Shown piece by piece: positions 1-8,229 of a stretch of DNA of 64,000 nt; position 1 is the stretch's first letter; every line of letters starts with the position of its first letter. The notes beneath the pieces are model-generated. The model did not search any database, was not told the DNA's origin, and saw only the letters and a list, made by a program, of their open reading frames with translations. The translations under genes were made by a program, and so were the position numbers. The stretch is taken from positions 854,083 to 918,082 of the forward strand of contig OZ244816.1 in NCBI GenBank assembly GCA_965220255.1, in the 5' to 3' direction. Source of the DNA: Dehalococcoidia bacterium (GTDB lineage Bacteria > Chloroflexota > Dehalococcoidia > Lucifugimonadales > VXLM01).

Positions 1-47
1 AGATCAAGGACGGCGTGCGGAGCCTTCAGAAGCTGGTGAAGGTGTAA
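1..47 (+). CDS. 3' end of an upstream gene (…IKDGVRSLQKLVKV*), truncated by the window edge
   Basis: Frame 3 is open from the edge to TAA at 45-47 with GC3-rich codons; repeat hairpins follow, as after other gene ends here. Confidence 0.35.
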   Translation, partial: IKDGVRSLQKLVKV

Positions 48-54
48 GGGGGTA

Positions 55-90
55 CCCTCACCCCAGCCCTCTCCCGCGAACGGGAGAGGG
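55..90. repeat. CCCTCACCCC-AGCCCTCTCCC…GGGAGAGGG palindromic intergenic repeat (uninterrupted form)
   Basis: Hairpin ccctctcccg-cgaa-cgggagaggg; related copies at 7426-7510 and 57430-57490. Confidence 0.8.
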
Positions 91-94
91 GGGA

Positions 95-122
95 TGGATT
101 CCCGCTTTCGCGGGAATGACGG
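95..122 (-). repeat. CGTC-type REP / dRS3-like hairpin (CCGTCATTCCCGCGAAAGCGGGAATCCA)
   Basis: ATTCCC-N8-GGGAAT palindrome with CGTC tag; at least 12 copies in the window. Confidence 0.9.
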
Positions 123-138
123 GTGCGGGTCAGTCCCG

Positions 139-1554
139 CTATTCGTCGTCCTCGTCGAGGTCGGGCATGAGGACGAACTCCGGGTAGGACTCCATGCCGA
201 GTTCCCCGGCGTCCTGGCCCAGGCGCTCGACCTGGTGCGTCACGCGGGCGCTGACGGTCATGTCTATGAGCTTCCAGAGCACGAACGAGACCGCGAACAC
301 GAACACGCCTATCGCGAGGATGCCGATGAGCTGGACGTGGAACTGCGCTCCGCCCGCGAGGCCGATGGAGGCCGCCAGGGTGCCCCAGACGCCGGCGAAG
401 AGGTGGGCGGGGACGGCTCCGACGACGTCGTCGAGCTTGAGCTGCTCGAGGAGGCGGAGGCCGGCGGTACAGATGACGGCGCCGATCGCGCCGATGACGA
501 CCGCCCAGTAGTGGTCGGTGAAGTCGGGGGCGGCGGTGATGGAGACGAGGCCCGCTATCGCGCCGTTGAGACCCGCGAAGAGGTCGACGCGTCCGAGGAT
601 GGGACGTGAGACCGCCAGCGCGGTTATGACGCCCGCGGCGGCGGCGAGGTTGGTGTTGACGAGGACGATGCTCATGGAGATGGCGTCGGCGGCGCTGCCG
701 AGGGCGAGCTGCGATCCGCCGTTGAAGCCGAACCACCCCAGCCAGAGGATGAAGACGCCGAGCGTGACGATCAGGATGTTCGAGGGCGGCGTGGCGCGGA
801 CGGAGCCGTCCTTGCGGAACTTGCCGAATCTTGGGCCGACGACGATCATGCCCGCGAGGGCGGCCCAGCCGCCGGTGCTGTGGACGATGGTGGAGCCGGC
901 GAAGTCGACGAAGCCCATCTCTGCGAGCCAGCCGCCTCCCCAGGTCCATGCGCCGACGACGGGGTAGATGATGGCCGTCAGGACGAGGGTGAACAGGAAG
1001 AACGACCACATCTTGACGCGTTCGGCGAGGGCGCCGGAGACGATGGAGGCGGCGGTGGCGACGAAGACCATCTGGAAGAACCAGTCGGACATGACGGAGT
1101 AGCTGCCCTCTTCGAGGACCTTGGCGGTGGCGGCTGCGACGGCATCGTCACCGGCTTCGAGGAGCGCGACCTCGGCGGAGGACGGCAGGTACATGAACGC
1201 GGGGGTGCCGATGAAGCCCGCGATGATGTCGCCGTACATGAGGTTGTAGCCGATGAAGAAGTAGGCGAGGCCCGCGATGGAGTAGAGGCCGATGTTCTTG
1301 AGGCAGATCATCGCGGCGTTCTTGGTGCGGACGGAGCCCGACTCCAGCATGGTGAATCCGGCGCACATCCACATGACGAGCGCGCCCCAGATGAGGAACG
1401 AGAACGTGTTGAAGACGAACGCCGTCTCCTCCTCGACGCCCGCCGCGTAGGCGACGGACGGGCGCACAATGAAGAGGACGAGCGTGGCGAGCCCCGTTGC
1501 CGCAAGGATGGCGGCGGGGCGACGGTGGGTCAGGATGTTGGTGAGCGACGTCAA
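139..1554 (-). CDS. amtB: Ammonium transporter (Amt family)
   Basis: Motifs FFQMVF, DFAGSTIVH, WLGWFGFNGGS, DDVVGAVPAH; SD AAGGAGG before TTG start. Confidence 0.96.
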   Translation of the reverse strand: MTSLTNILTHRRPAAILAATGLATLVLFIVRPSVAYAAGVEEETAFVFNTFSFLIWGALVMWMCAGFTMLESGSVRTKNAAMICLKNIGLYSIAGLAYFFIGYNLMYGDIIAGFIGTPAFMYLPSSAEVALLEAGDDAVAAATAKVLEEGSYSVMSDWFFQMVFVATAASIVSGALAERVKMWSFFLFTLVLTAIIYPVVGAWTWGGGWLAEMGFVDFAGSTIVHSTGGWAALAGMIVVGPRFGKFRKDGSVRATPPSNILIVTLGVFILWLGWFGFNGGSQLALGSAADAISMSIVLVNTNLAAAAGVITALAVSRPILGRVDLFAGLNGAIAGLVSITAAPDFTDHYWAVVIGAIGAVICTAGLRLLEQLKLDDVVGAVPAHLFAGVWGTLAASIGLAGGAQFHVQLIGILAIGVFVFAVSFVLWKLIDMTVSARVTHQVERLGQDAGELGMESYPEFVLMPDLDEDDE

Positions 1555-1629
1555 CGGTGTACCTCCTTATATCTAAGGGTTCGCGACGATGCTACCACGT
1601 TGGAAGGGAGAGAGAAAGTAGGGGGGGAT

Positions 1630-1730
1630 TCACCGCAGAGGGCGCGGAGATCACAGAGGGGGAGGGGGAGGGGATTAGGGGGAAGTGTGGCATGGTGGGA
1701 CATTTTGGGACATTGGGGGACATTGGGGGG
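1630..1730. repeat. CAGAG-type 9-bp-period repeat, G-tracts and 3x GGGACATT (10-bp period)
   Basis: tcaccgcagagggcgcggagatcacagag at 1630-1658; gggacatt at 1697, 1707, 1717. Confidence 0.7.
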
Positions 1731-1826
1731 AAAAGAGGAGCGCCGCCGGGGTTGCCGGCGGCGCTTGGTTGTTGCTTGTCGTTCGTGAGGGCCGGGGTTG
1801 CCGACCCTCACGTTCCGTTTCGGTTG

Positions 1827-4800
1827 TTACGATCCGTCGTCCGCTGCACAGGCTGCCAGACCCGCGGCGTCTGCGTCCATGGCGGCGTCTATGATCGCTG
1901 CCGGTATGCAGGCGTCGGCGTCGAAGTCGTTGCCCGCGAGCAGCAGGTTCTGGAGGTCGGACAGGTTGCCCAACTCTGCCGGGATGCCTCCCGTGAGCAT
2001 GTTGTTGTGCAACTGCAGCCGCCTCAGTCCGCTGATGCTACCCAGCGATGCCGGGATGCTACCCGTCAGCATGTTGTCGGACAGGTACACCAGGGTCATG
2101 TTCGACGAGCCGCTCAGGTCCGGAATTTCGCCGTCCAGCATGTTGCCGCTGAGCATCAGGTACCGGAGCCTGGTTATGCTGCCGAACCCGGCCGGGATGC
2201 CGCCCGTCAGGTCGTTGTCCCTCACGTCGACCCGGCGCAAGGTCGTCACGCCGGCCAACTCCATCGGGATGTCGCCCGAGAGGTCGTTGTTCTTAAGGTA
2301 CAGGTAGTCGAGGCTGTCCATGTCACCGAGCGTCGCCGGCAGGCTGCCCGACAGGGAGTTATCCTGCAGGATCAGCCAAATCAGGTTGTCCAGGTCGCTC
2401 AGGTCGGGTATTTCACCCGTCAGGGCGTTGCTGTGCAACTGCAGCTTCGTGAGAGCATCCAGGCCGTTGAAGCCGGCCGGGATCGAGCCCGCGAGGCCGT
2501 GGCTCTTGAGGTACATGCTCGTCACGCGTCCGGTACCGCTCGACACGCCATCCCACTCATCCATCGGCGTCTCGGCGCTCCAGTTGAGTGCCGTGCCGTC
2601 GCCTACCAGCTCAGCCATGCCGTCCAGCAGGATCTGGCAGTCATTCGCCAGATTCTCGGTGGCGTCCTCGCCGACGGCTCCGCCCTCCACGCACGGATGC
2701 GTGGTCTCAACCGGGCCTCCGCCAGCTAGCACGATGATCGCGTCGTCCGGGCCGTCGGTGACGTTGATGATCACCGTCACGCTGTCAGACGCGCCCGACG
2801 GGTCCGTCGCCGTCAACACGATCGTGTGATACTTCGCGTCATCGGGCAAGCTCTCGTAGTCCAACTCCACAGCCGTCGTGATCTGTCCGTTATTGTCCGT
2901 CTTGAAGAGTGCCGCGTCAGATCCGCTCACCGTGTAAGCCATCAGGTCGCCGTTCGCGTCTGTCGCCGCGACCGGGTCACCGACCCTCGCACCCTTATCG
3001 TTCTCCGCAACCGACCGCACCGCGTCTGCCTGGTTCCCAGGCGTGCTCGGGTCCTGGTCGGCGGCGAAATTCGGAGCCGTGTTCGCAGGATCGCTCACCT
3101 GAACCTGACGGACCGTCGACCCTACGGCGCTGTCACCGTCATCCCCAGCGGTACCGTCCGTGTCCGTGACAAAGTCGTCCACGTAGGTCGCCACCGCATG
3201 CAGCCTGAAGGTCGCGTCATCGGCAACCGGCGTATAGAGGGGCGACCCTTCGGCGACTTCGCAAGCCGTAGTTGCCGTTGCAGGTGCTGCTTCAGTGCAT
3301 TCCGTCGGCGGCGTGGCAGCCGTCAGGGTTCCTTGCAGTGTCGTCAGCTCATCAGCGGTCATAGCTGTGTTGCCGCCTCTGTACCACTTCCAGTTCACGC
3401 TTCTCTGCCCGCCGTCCTGGTCCTCAAGCGTAGCAAACACCGAACGACCCACCTGTGGCTCAGGCTGCGAGATCTCCACCTCGCCGGCGTCTTCAGCGTT
3501 CTGCACCTTGACCGTAATAGCCAGCTTGGTGATTCGCTCGCGGTCCCCGCGGGAGGCAGCATCGGTTCCGCCCGATGTGACCACCAGGGTTATCGAGAGC
3601 TCTTTCTTGCCCTCGTAGTCGAATTCGGCACCGGAGGCGATCGTCACGTCACCAGTGGTCGGGGTGGCGATCGTGAACTCGTCCTCGTCAGCGCCCTCCA
3701 GCGAGAACGTGATGGCACCATCGCCGTCGTCAGTGTCCGCGTCAGTCGCCGTATAGGTAACCGGAGCGCCCGTGAGGGCAGCCGCCGTGAAGAGCCCGGT
3801 GGGGGCTATCTCGGCAACGTACAGGGTCTTCTGATCGCTGCCAGCAGTAAGCGTCGGCGCCTCGTTCGCGTCCGTTACCGTGATCACAACAGGAACAGTC
3901 TGGTACGCGCCCGACGGATCCGTCGCCCTCACAAGCACGACGTACTCATTGTTAGCCGCAGCGTTGTCCGGGGTTGCCCCAGCCGCCGTTGCGGTTGCAT
4001 CAGCCGCAGCTACCAGCACGTCCGCTGCAGCCTCGAAGTTCAGACCATCCTTCTTCACCGAGAGCTGGCCCGTTCTTTCGCTGATGCTGAATGTCGCAGC
4101 GGTACCGATATCACGGTCAAGGCCCGAATCAATGCTGTAGAGCAGCACGTCGTTGTCACCGTCCGTCGCCACTACCGGGTCGCCGAAGGCTCCATCCGCG
4201 TTCTCGGTCAAGCTCCGCGCCACCTGTGTCCCGGCCGTCGCATCATCCGAGTCGTCGAGACCGCCGAAGGATGGCCGAGAGTTCGCAGTCGTCCTCTCTT
4301 CCACAGCGTTCTCCGTCACGCCCGATACCGTCTTGTCGCCGAACTTGTCGGTGTAACTCGATGTCGCGCGCAACCACATCCCGTCGTCAGCCTCTTCCGG
4401 CTGACGGGAGGCACGCTTCGCGGCGCCACCTTCAATGTCCGTCCAAGGTCCGTCCGCAGTCGGACCGCGTGACCACTGCCACGTCGCCTCGCTCAAGTCA
4501 ATCCCGCCGTCAGGGTCAGATGCAGCGCCACCCGTCGCCATTAGGGGCCTGCCAATCTGCGGCTGAGGCTGCGTGAAGTTCACCTTCCCCGCCTCGTCTA
4601 CGTCCGTGACCGTTACCTGAACAGCCTGCTCGCCGCCAGAGGCCACCACGGTCACCTGGTACTTGTTGTCGCCCTTGCCCTGGTCACCGGCAACCTCATC
4701 ATCCGGTATTTCGTCGGCGTCATTGGCCGCCTCGAAGCTGGGAGAGTCCTTCCAAGTGAGCACGCCGCCTTCAATCTCGAAGAGGCCCGCGTCCACACCC

Positions 4801-7211
4801 TTCAAACTCCAAGCGATGTCGCCCGCGTCCGCGTCAGGGTCCGTCGCGCTAAACGTCGCAACCGGATCCTCGCCGTTCTCCGCATAATCGCACTCTATAG
4901 GATCTGCGCCGGAACACTGAACACCCACGGCGGCGCTGGTGATCGCCGCGTCGTCCGGGCCGTCGGTGACGTTGATGATCACCGTCACGTTGTCAGACGC
5001 GCCCGACGGGTCCGTCGCCGTCAACACGATCGTGTGATACTTCGCGTCATCGGGCAAGCTCTCGTAGTCCAACTCCACAGCCGTCGTGATCTGTCCGTTA
5101 TTGTCCGTCTTGAAGAGCGCCGCGTCAGGACCGCTCACCGTGTAAGCCATCAGGTCGCCGTCCGCGTCTGTCGCCGCGACCGGGTCACCGACCCTCGCAC
5201 CCTTATCGTTCTCCGCAACCGACCGCACCGCGTCTGCCTGGTTCCCAGGCGTGCTCGGGTCCTGGTCGGCGGCGAAATTCGGAGCCGTGTTCGCAGGATC
5301 GCTCACCTGAACCTGACGGACCGTCGACCCTACGGCGCTGTCACCGTCATCCCCAGCGGTACCGTCCGTGTCCGTGACAAAGTCGTCCACGTAGGTCGCC
5401 ACCGCATGCAGCCTGAAGGTCGCGTCATCGGCAACCGGCGTATAGAGGGGCGACCCTTCGGCGACTTCGCAAGCCGTAGTTGCCGTTGCAGGTGCTGCTT
5501 CAGTGCATTCCGTCGGCGGCGTGGCAGCCGTCAGGGTTCCTTGCAGTGTCGTCAGCTCATCAGCGGTCATAGCTGTGTTGCCGCCTCTGTACCACTTCCA
5601 GTTCACGCTTCTCTGCCCGCCGTCCTGGTCCTCAAGCGTAGCAAACACCGAACGACCCACCTGTGGCTCAGGCTGCGAGATCTCCACCTCGCCGGCGTCT
5701 TCAGCGTTCTGCACCTTGACCGTAATAGCCAGCTTGGTGATTCGCTCGCGGTCCCCGCGGGAGGCAGCATCGGTTCCGCCCGATGTGACCACCAGGGTTA
5801 TCGAGAGCTCTTTCTTGCCCTCGTAGTCGAATTCGGCACCGGAGGCGATCGTCACGTCACCAGTGGTCGGGGTGGCGATCGTGAACTCGTCCTCGTCAGC
5901 GCCCTCCAGCGAGAACGTGATGGCACCATCGCCGTCGTCAGTGTCCGCGTCAGTCGCCGTATAGGTAACCGGAGCGCCCGTGAGGGCAGCCGCCGTGAAG
6001 AGCCCGGTGGGGGCTATCTCGGCAACGTACAGGGTCTTCTGATCGCTGCCAGCAGTAAGCGTCGGCGCCTCGTTCGCGTCCGTTACCGTGATCACAACAG
6101 GAACAGTCTGGTACGCGCCCGACGGATCCGTCGCCCTCACAAGCACGACGTACTCATTGTTAGCCGCAGCGTTGTCCGGGGTTGCCCCAGCCGCCGTTGC
6201 GGTTGCATCAGCCGCAGCTACCAGCACGTCCGCTGCAGCCTCGAAGTTCAGACCATCCTTCTTCACCGAGAGCTGGCCCGTTCTTTCGCTGATGCTGAAT
6301 GTCGCAGCGGTACCGATATCACGGTCAAGGCCCGAATCAATGCTGTAGAGCAGCACGTCGTTGTCACCGTCCGTCGCCACTACCGGGTCGCCGAAGGCTC
6401 CATCCGCGTTCTCGGTCAAGCTCCGCGCCACCTGTGTCCCGGCCGTCGCATCATCCGAGTCGTCGAGACCGCCGAAGGATGGCCGAGAGTTCGCAGTCGT
6501 CCTCTCTTCCACAGCGTTCTCCGTCACGCCCGATACCGTCTTGTCGCCGAACTTGTCGGTGTAACTCGATGTCGCGCGCAACCACATCCCGTCGTCAGCC
6601 TCTTCCGGCTGACGGGAGGCACGCTTCGCGGCGCCACCTTCAATGTCCGTCCAAGGTCCGTCCGCAGTCGGACCGCGTGACCACTGCCACGTCGCCTCGC
6701 TCAAGTCAATCCCGCCGTCAGGGTCAGATGCAGCGCCACCCGTCGCCATTAGGGGCCTGCCAATCTGCGGCTGAGGCTGCGTGAAGTTCACCTTCCCCGC
6801 CTCGTCTACGTCCGTGACCGTTACCTGAACAGCCTGCTCGCCGCCAGAGGCCACCACGGTCACCTGGTACTTGTTGTCGCCCTTGCCCTGGTCACCGGCA
6901 ACCTCATCATCCGGTATTTCGTCGGCGTCATTGGCCGCCTCGAAGCTGGGAGAGTCCTTCCAAGTGAGCACGCCGCCTTCAATCTCGAAGAGGCCCGCGT
7001 CCACACCCTTCAAACTCCAAGCGATGTCGCCCGCGTCCGCGTCAGGGTCCGTCGCGCTAAACGTCGCAACCGGATCCTCACCGTTCTCCGCATAATCGAA
7101 CTCGAGCGGATCGGCGGCTGACACCGCCGGTGCTATGACCACCAAGGTCGCCAGCACGGCGGCAATGATGCCGAACCGGGTCAATACTGCGTAGGCTGAT
7201 GTATTCTTCAT
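1827..7211 (-). CDS. Secreted cadherin-like repeat protein with C-terminal plant-type LRR domain (~1794 aa)
   Basis: Signal peptide after MKNTSAY; cadherin motifs (AEN, ATDPD, LDYE, VTDxNE); LRRs LxxLxLxxNxLxGxIP with N-cap (NDC…LNW…WDGV). Start chosen at ATG 7211 (SD GAGAGGG). Confidence 0.88.
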   Translation of the reverse strand: MKNTSAYAVLTRFGIIAAVLATLVVIAPAVSAADPLEFDYAENGEDPVATFSATDPDADAGDIAWSLKGVDAGLFEIEGGVLTWKDSPSFEAANDADEIPDDEVAGDQGKGDNKYQVTVVASGGEQAVQVTVTDVDEAGKVNFTQPQPQIGRPLMATGGAASDPDGGIDLSEATWQWSRGPTADGPWTDIEGGAAKRASRQPEEADDGMWLRATSSYTDKFGDKTVSGVTENAVEERTTANSRPSFGGLDDSDDATAGTQVARSLTENADGAFGDPVVATDGDNDVLLYSIDSGLDRDIGTAATFSISERTGQLSVKKDGLNFEAAADVLVAAADATATAAGATPDNAAANNEYVVLVRATDPSGAYQTVPVVITVTDANEAPTLTAGSDQKTLYVAEIAPTGLFTAAALTGAPVTYTATDADTDDGDGAITFSLEGADEDEFTIATPTTGDVTIASGAEFDYEGKKELSITLVVTSGGTDAASRGDRERITKLAITVKVQNAEDAGEVEISQPEPQVGRSVFATLEDQDGGQRSVNWKWYRGGNTAMTADELTTLQGTLTAATPPTECTEAAPATATTACEVAEGSPLYTPVADDATFRLHAVATYVDDFVTDTDGTAGDDGDSAVGSTVRQVQVSDPANTAPNFAADQDPSTPGNQADAVRSVAENDKGARVGDPVAATDADGDLMAYTVSGPDAALFKTDNNGQITTAVELDYESLPDDAKYHTIVLTATDPSGASDNVTVIINVTDGPDDAAITSAAVGVQCSGADPIECDYAENGEDPVATFSATDPDADAGDIAWSLKGVDAGLFEIEGGVLTWKDSPSFEAANDADEIPDDEVAGDQGKGDNKYQVTVVASGGEQAVQVTVTDVDEAGKVNFTQPQPQIGRPLMATGGAASDPDGGIDLSEATWQWSRGPTADGPWTDIEGGAAKRASRQPEEADDGMWLRATSSYTDKFGDKTVSGVTENAVEERTTANSRPSFGGLDDSDDATAGTQVARSLTENADGAFGDPVVATDGDNDVLLYSIDSGLDRDIGTAATFSISERTGQLSVKKDGLNFEAAADVLVAAADATATAAGATPDNAAANNEYVVLVRATDPSGAYQTVPVVITVTDANEAPTLTAGSDQKTLYVAEIAPTGLFTAAALTGAPVTYTATDADTDDGDGAITFSLEGADEDEFTIATPTTGDVTIASGAEFDYEGKKELSITLVVTSGGTDAASRGDRERITKLAITVKVQNAEDAGEVEISQPEPQVGRSVFATLEDQDGGQRSVNWKWYRGGNTAMTADELTTLQGTLTAATPPTECTEAAPATATTACEVAEGSPLYTPVADDATFRLHAVATYVDDFVTDTDGTAGDDGDSAVGSTVRQVQVSDPANTAPNFAADQDPSTPGNQADAVRSVAENDKGARVGDPVAATDANGDLMAYTVSGSDAALFKTDNNGQITTAVELDYESLPDDAKYHTIVLTATDPSGASDSVTVIINVTDGPDDAIIVLAGGGPVETTHPCVEGGAVGEDATENLANDCQILLDGMAELVGDGTALNWSAETPMDEWDGVSSGTGRVTSMYLKSHGLAGSIPAGFNGLDALTKLQLHSNALTGEIPDLSDLDNLIWLILQDNSLSGSLPATLGDMDSLDYLYLKNNDLSGDIPMELAGVTTLRRVDVRDNDLTGGIPAGFGSITRLRYLMLSGNMLDGEIPDLSGSSNMTLVYLSDNMLTGSIPASLGSISGLRRLQLHNNMLTGGIPAELGNLSDLQNLLLAGNDFDADACIPAAIIDAAMDADAAGLAACAADDGS
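2739..7098. repeat. Intragenic tandem duplication: 2739-4890 and 4947-7098 (2152 bp each, 2208-bp period)
   Basis: Alternate-frame ORFs recur at +2208 with identical translations; the few mismatches seen lie near the unit ends. Confidence 0.95.
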
Positions 7212-7257
7212 GCGTGCCCTCTCTTTGCCTAGAACTTTGCTAAACATGGATGCCAGA

Positions 7258-7286
7258 ACAATACCATCGGGGAAAACCAGTGTCAA
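7258..7286 (-). promoter_or_regulatory. Sigma70-type promoter TTGACA-17-TATTGT with extended -10
   Basis: Minus strand ttgaca ctggttttccccgatgg tattgt, just upstream of the cadherin/LRR gene. Confidence 0.7.
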
Positions 7287-7425
7287 GTAGCTGGACTTGC
7301 TCGTTGGTTTCCATTCCCGAACGGGATTGCCGACAGGGAGTATAGCACAGCGATGCAGGGTTTGCGTAGGGTTTCGTGGTGTATTTTCAGGCTGTATTGG
7401 AGATGCGCGGTCCGGCGCAGGGGGA

Positions 7426-7510
7426 CCCTCACCCCCTGCCTACGCAGGGGCAGGCTCTAGCCCCCGTATGGGGGGTACGGGGCAAGCTCTCTCCCACGAC
7501 GGGAGAGGGG
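7426..7510. repeat. CCCTCACC…GGGAGAGGG repeat carrying two inserted mini-hairpin cassettes
   Basis: Relative to 55-90 it contains extra 7433-7458 (cccctgcctacgcaggggcaggctct) and 7462-7490 (ccccgtatggggggtacggggcaagctct). Confidence 0.75.
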
Positions 7511-7717
7511 ATATGACGGGGGCGTCTGCGCGTGGCGTCGGGGTTGACGGATGCGAACGGATGGTCTATGCTTGGGGGATGAACAGGCAATGTCGGAGTT
7601 GGCGTTGGCGCGGGGTGATCGTACAGGACGTGGGGAAGTGCTGTGCGATGTCGCGGCATGTGGCGGGGTTGTGGGTGTTGTGCCGGGTGGTGGGGGTGTG
7701 CGTGGGCGGGGGGTGAC

Positions 7718-7795
7718 TCACCACAGAGATCACGGAGATCACAGAGGGGGGAGGGGATTGGAGGGTTCACCGCAGAGGGCGCGGGGAGCGCAGAG
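7718..7795. repeat. Two CAGAG-type repeats, same orientation as 1630-1658
   Basis: tcaccacagagatcacggagatcacagag and tcaccgcagagggcgcggggagcgcagag. Confidence 0.7.
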
Positions 7796-7845
7796 GGGGG
7801 TTGGGTGTTAGGTGTTAAAGGAAAGGGGGATGGATTCCCGCTTTC

Positions 7846-7967
7846 GGAGACCATTGCATAACCTCCGTCATTCCCGCGAAGGCGGGAATCCAGAGATGTC
7901 TCCGAAGCTGGATGATGCCCTTTCAATGACATCCTCTCAGCGGGAGAACGGTTACGCAAAGGCCTCC
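7846..7967. mobile_element. 122-bp MITE with an internal REP, inserted in the loop of another REP (host 7831-7984)
   Basis: 18-bp TIRs ggagaccattgcataacc / ggttacgcaaaggcctcc (15/18); TTTC duplicated at 7842-7845 and 7968-7971; removal restores a canonical REP. Confidence 0.85.
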
Positions 7968-8056
7968 TTTCGCGGGAATGACGGGAGGGGGGGGAATGAC
8001 GGGTGGGGAATGTTACGAAATGTTACAGAATGTTACGTTTGGAGGGGGGGATGCCC

Positions 8057-8229
8057 TCACCATACCTCGTGATACAGGTCCTTCCAAGATGGATTGCCCT
8101 TCTCAATCAGTTCAATCTTCCAAGCGCGGTTCCACTTCTTAAGCATCTTCTCTCTTGCAATCGCGTTCTCCATGGACTCATGGGCTTCATACCAAACCAG
8201 TGTATGTACCCTATAGCGCTTCGTGAATG
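8057..8229 (-). pseudogene. C-terminal half of a small GIY-YIG nuclease
   Basis: Manual translation [56 protein letters not shown]; the N-terminal GIY/YIG half is missing. Confidence 0.85.

Noticed and set aside
94-609. ORFs containing 'DSRFRGNDG' (also 7429-7959, 60820-61077)
   Set aside because: This peptide is simply the translation of the REP sequence.
26-1009. 327-aa ORF and other ORFs overlapping amtB
   Set aside because: Arg/Pro-rich alternate-frame shadows of a high-GC gene.
2826-6680. Two 548-aa plus-strand ORFs
   Set aside because: Antisense shadows of the duplicated cadherin gene; useful only as evidence for the duplication.
8009-8036. GTTAC repeats as GlnR boxes controlling amtB
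   Set aside because: The period is 10 rather than 11 bp and the site is over 6 kb from amtB.
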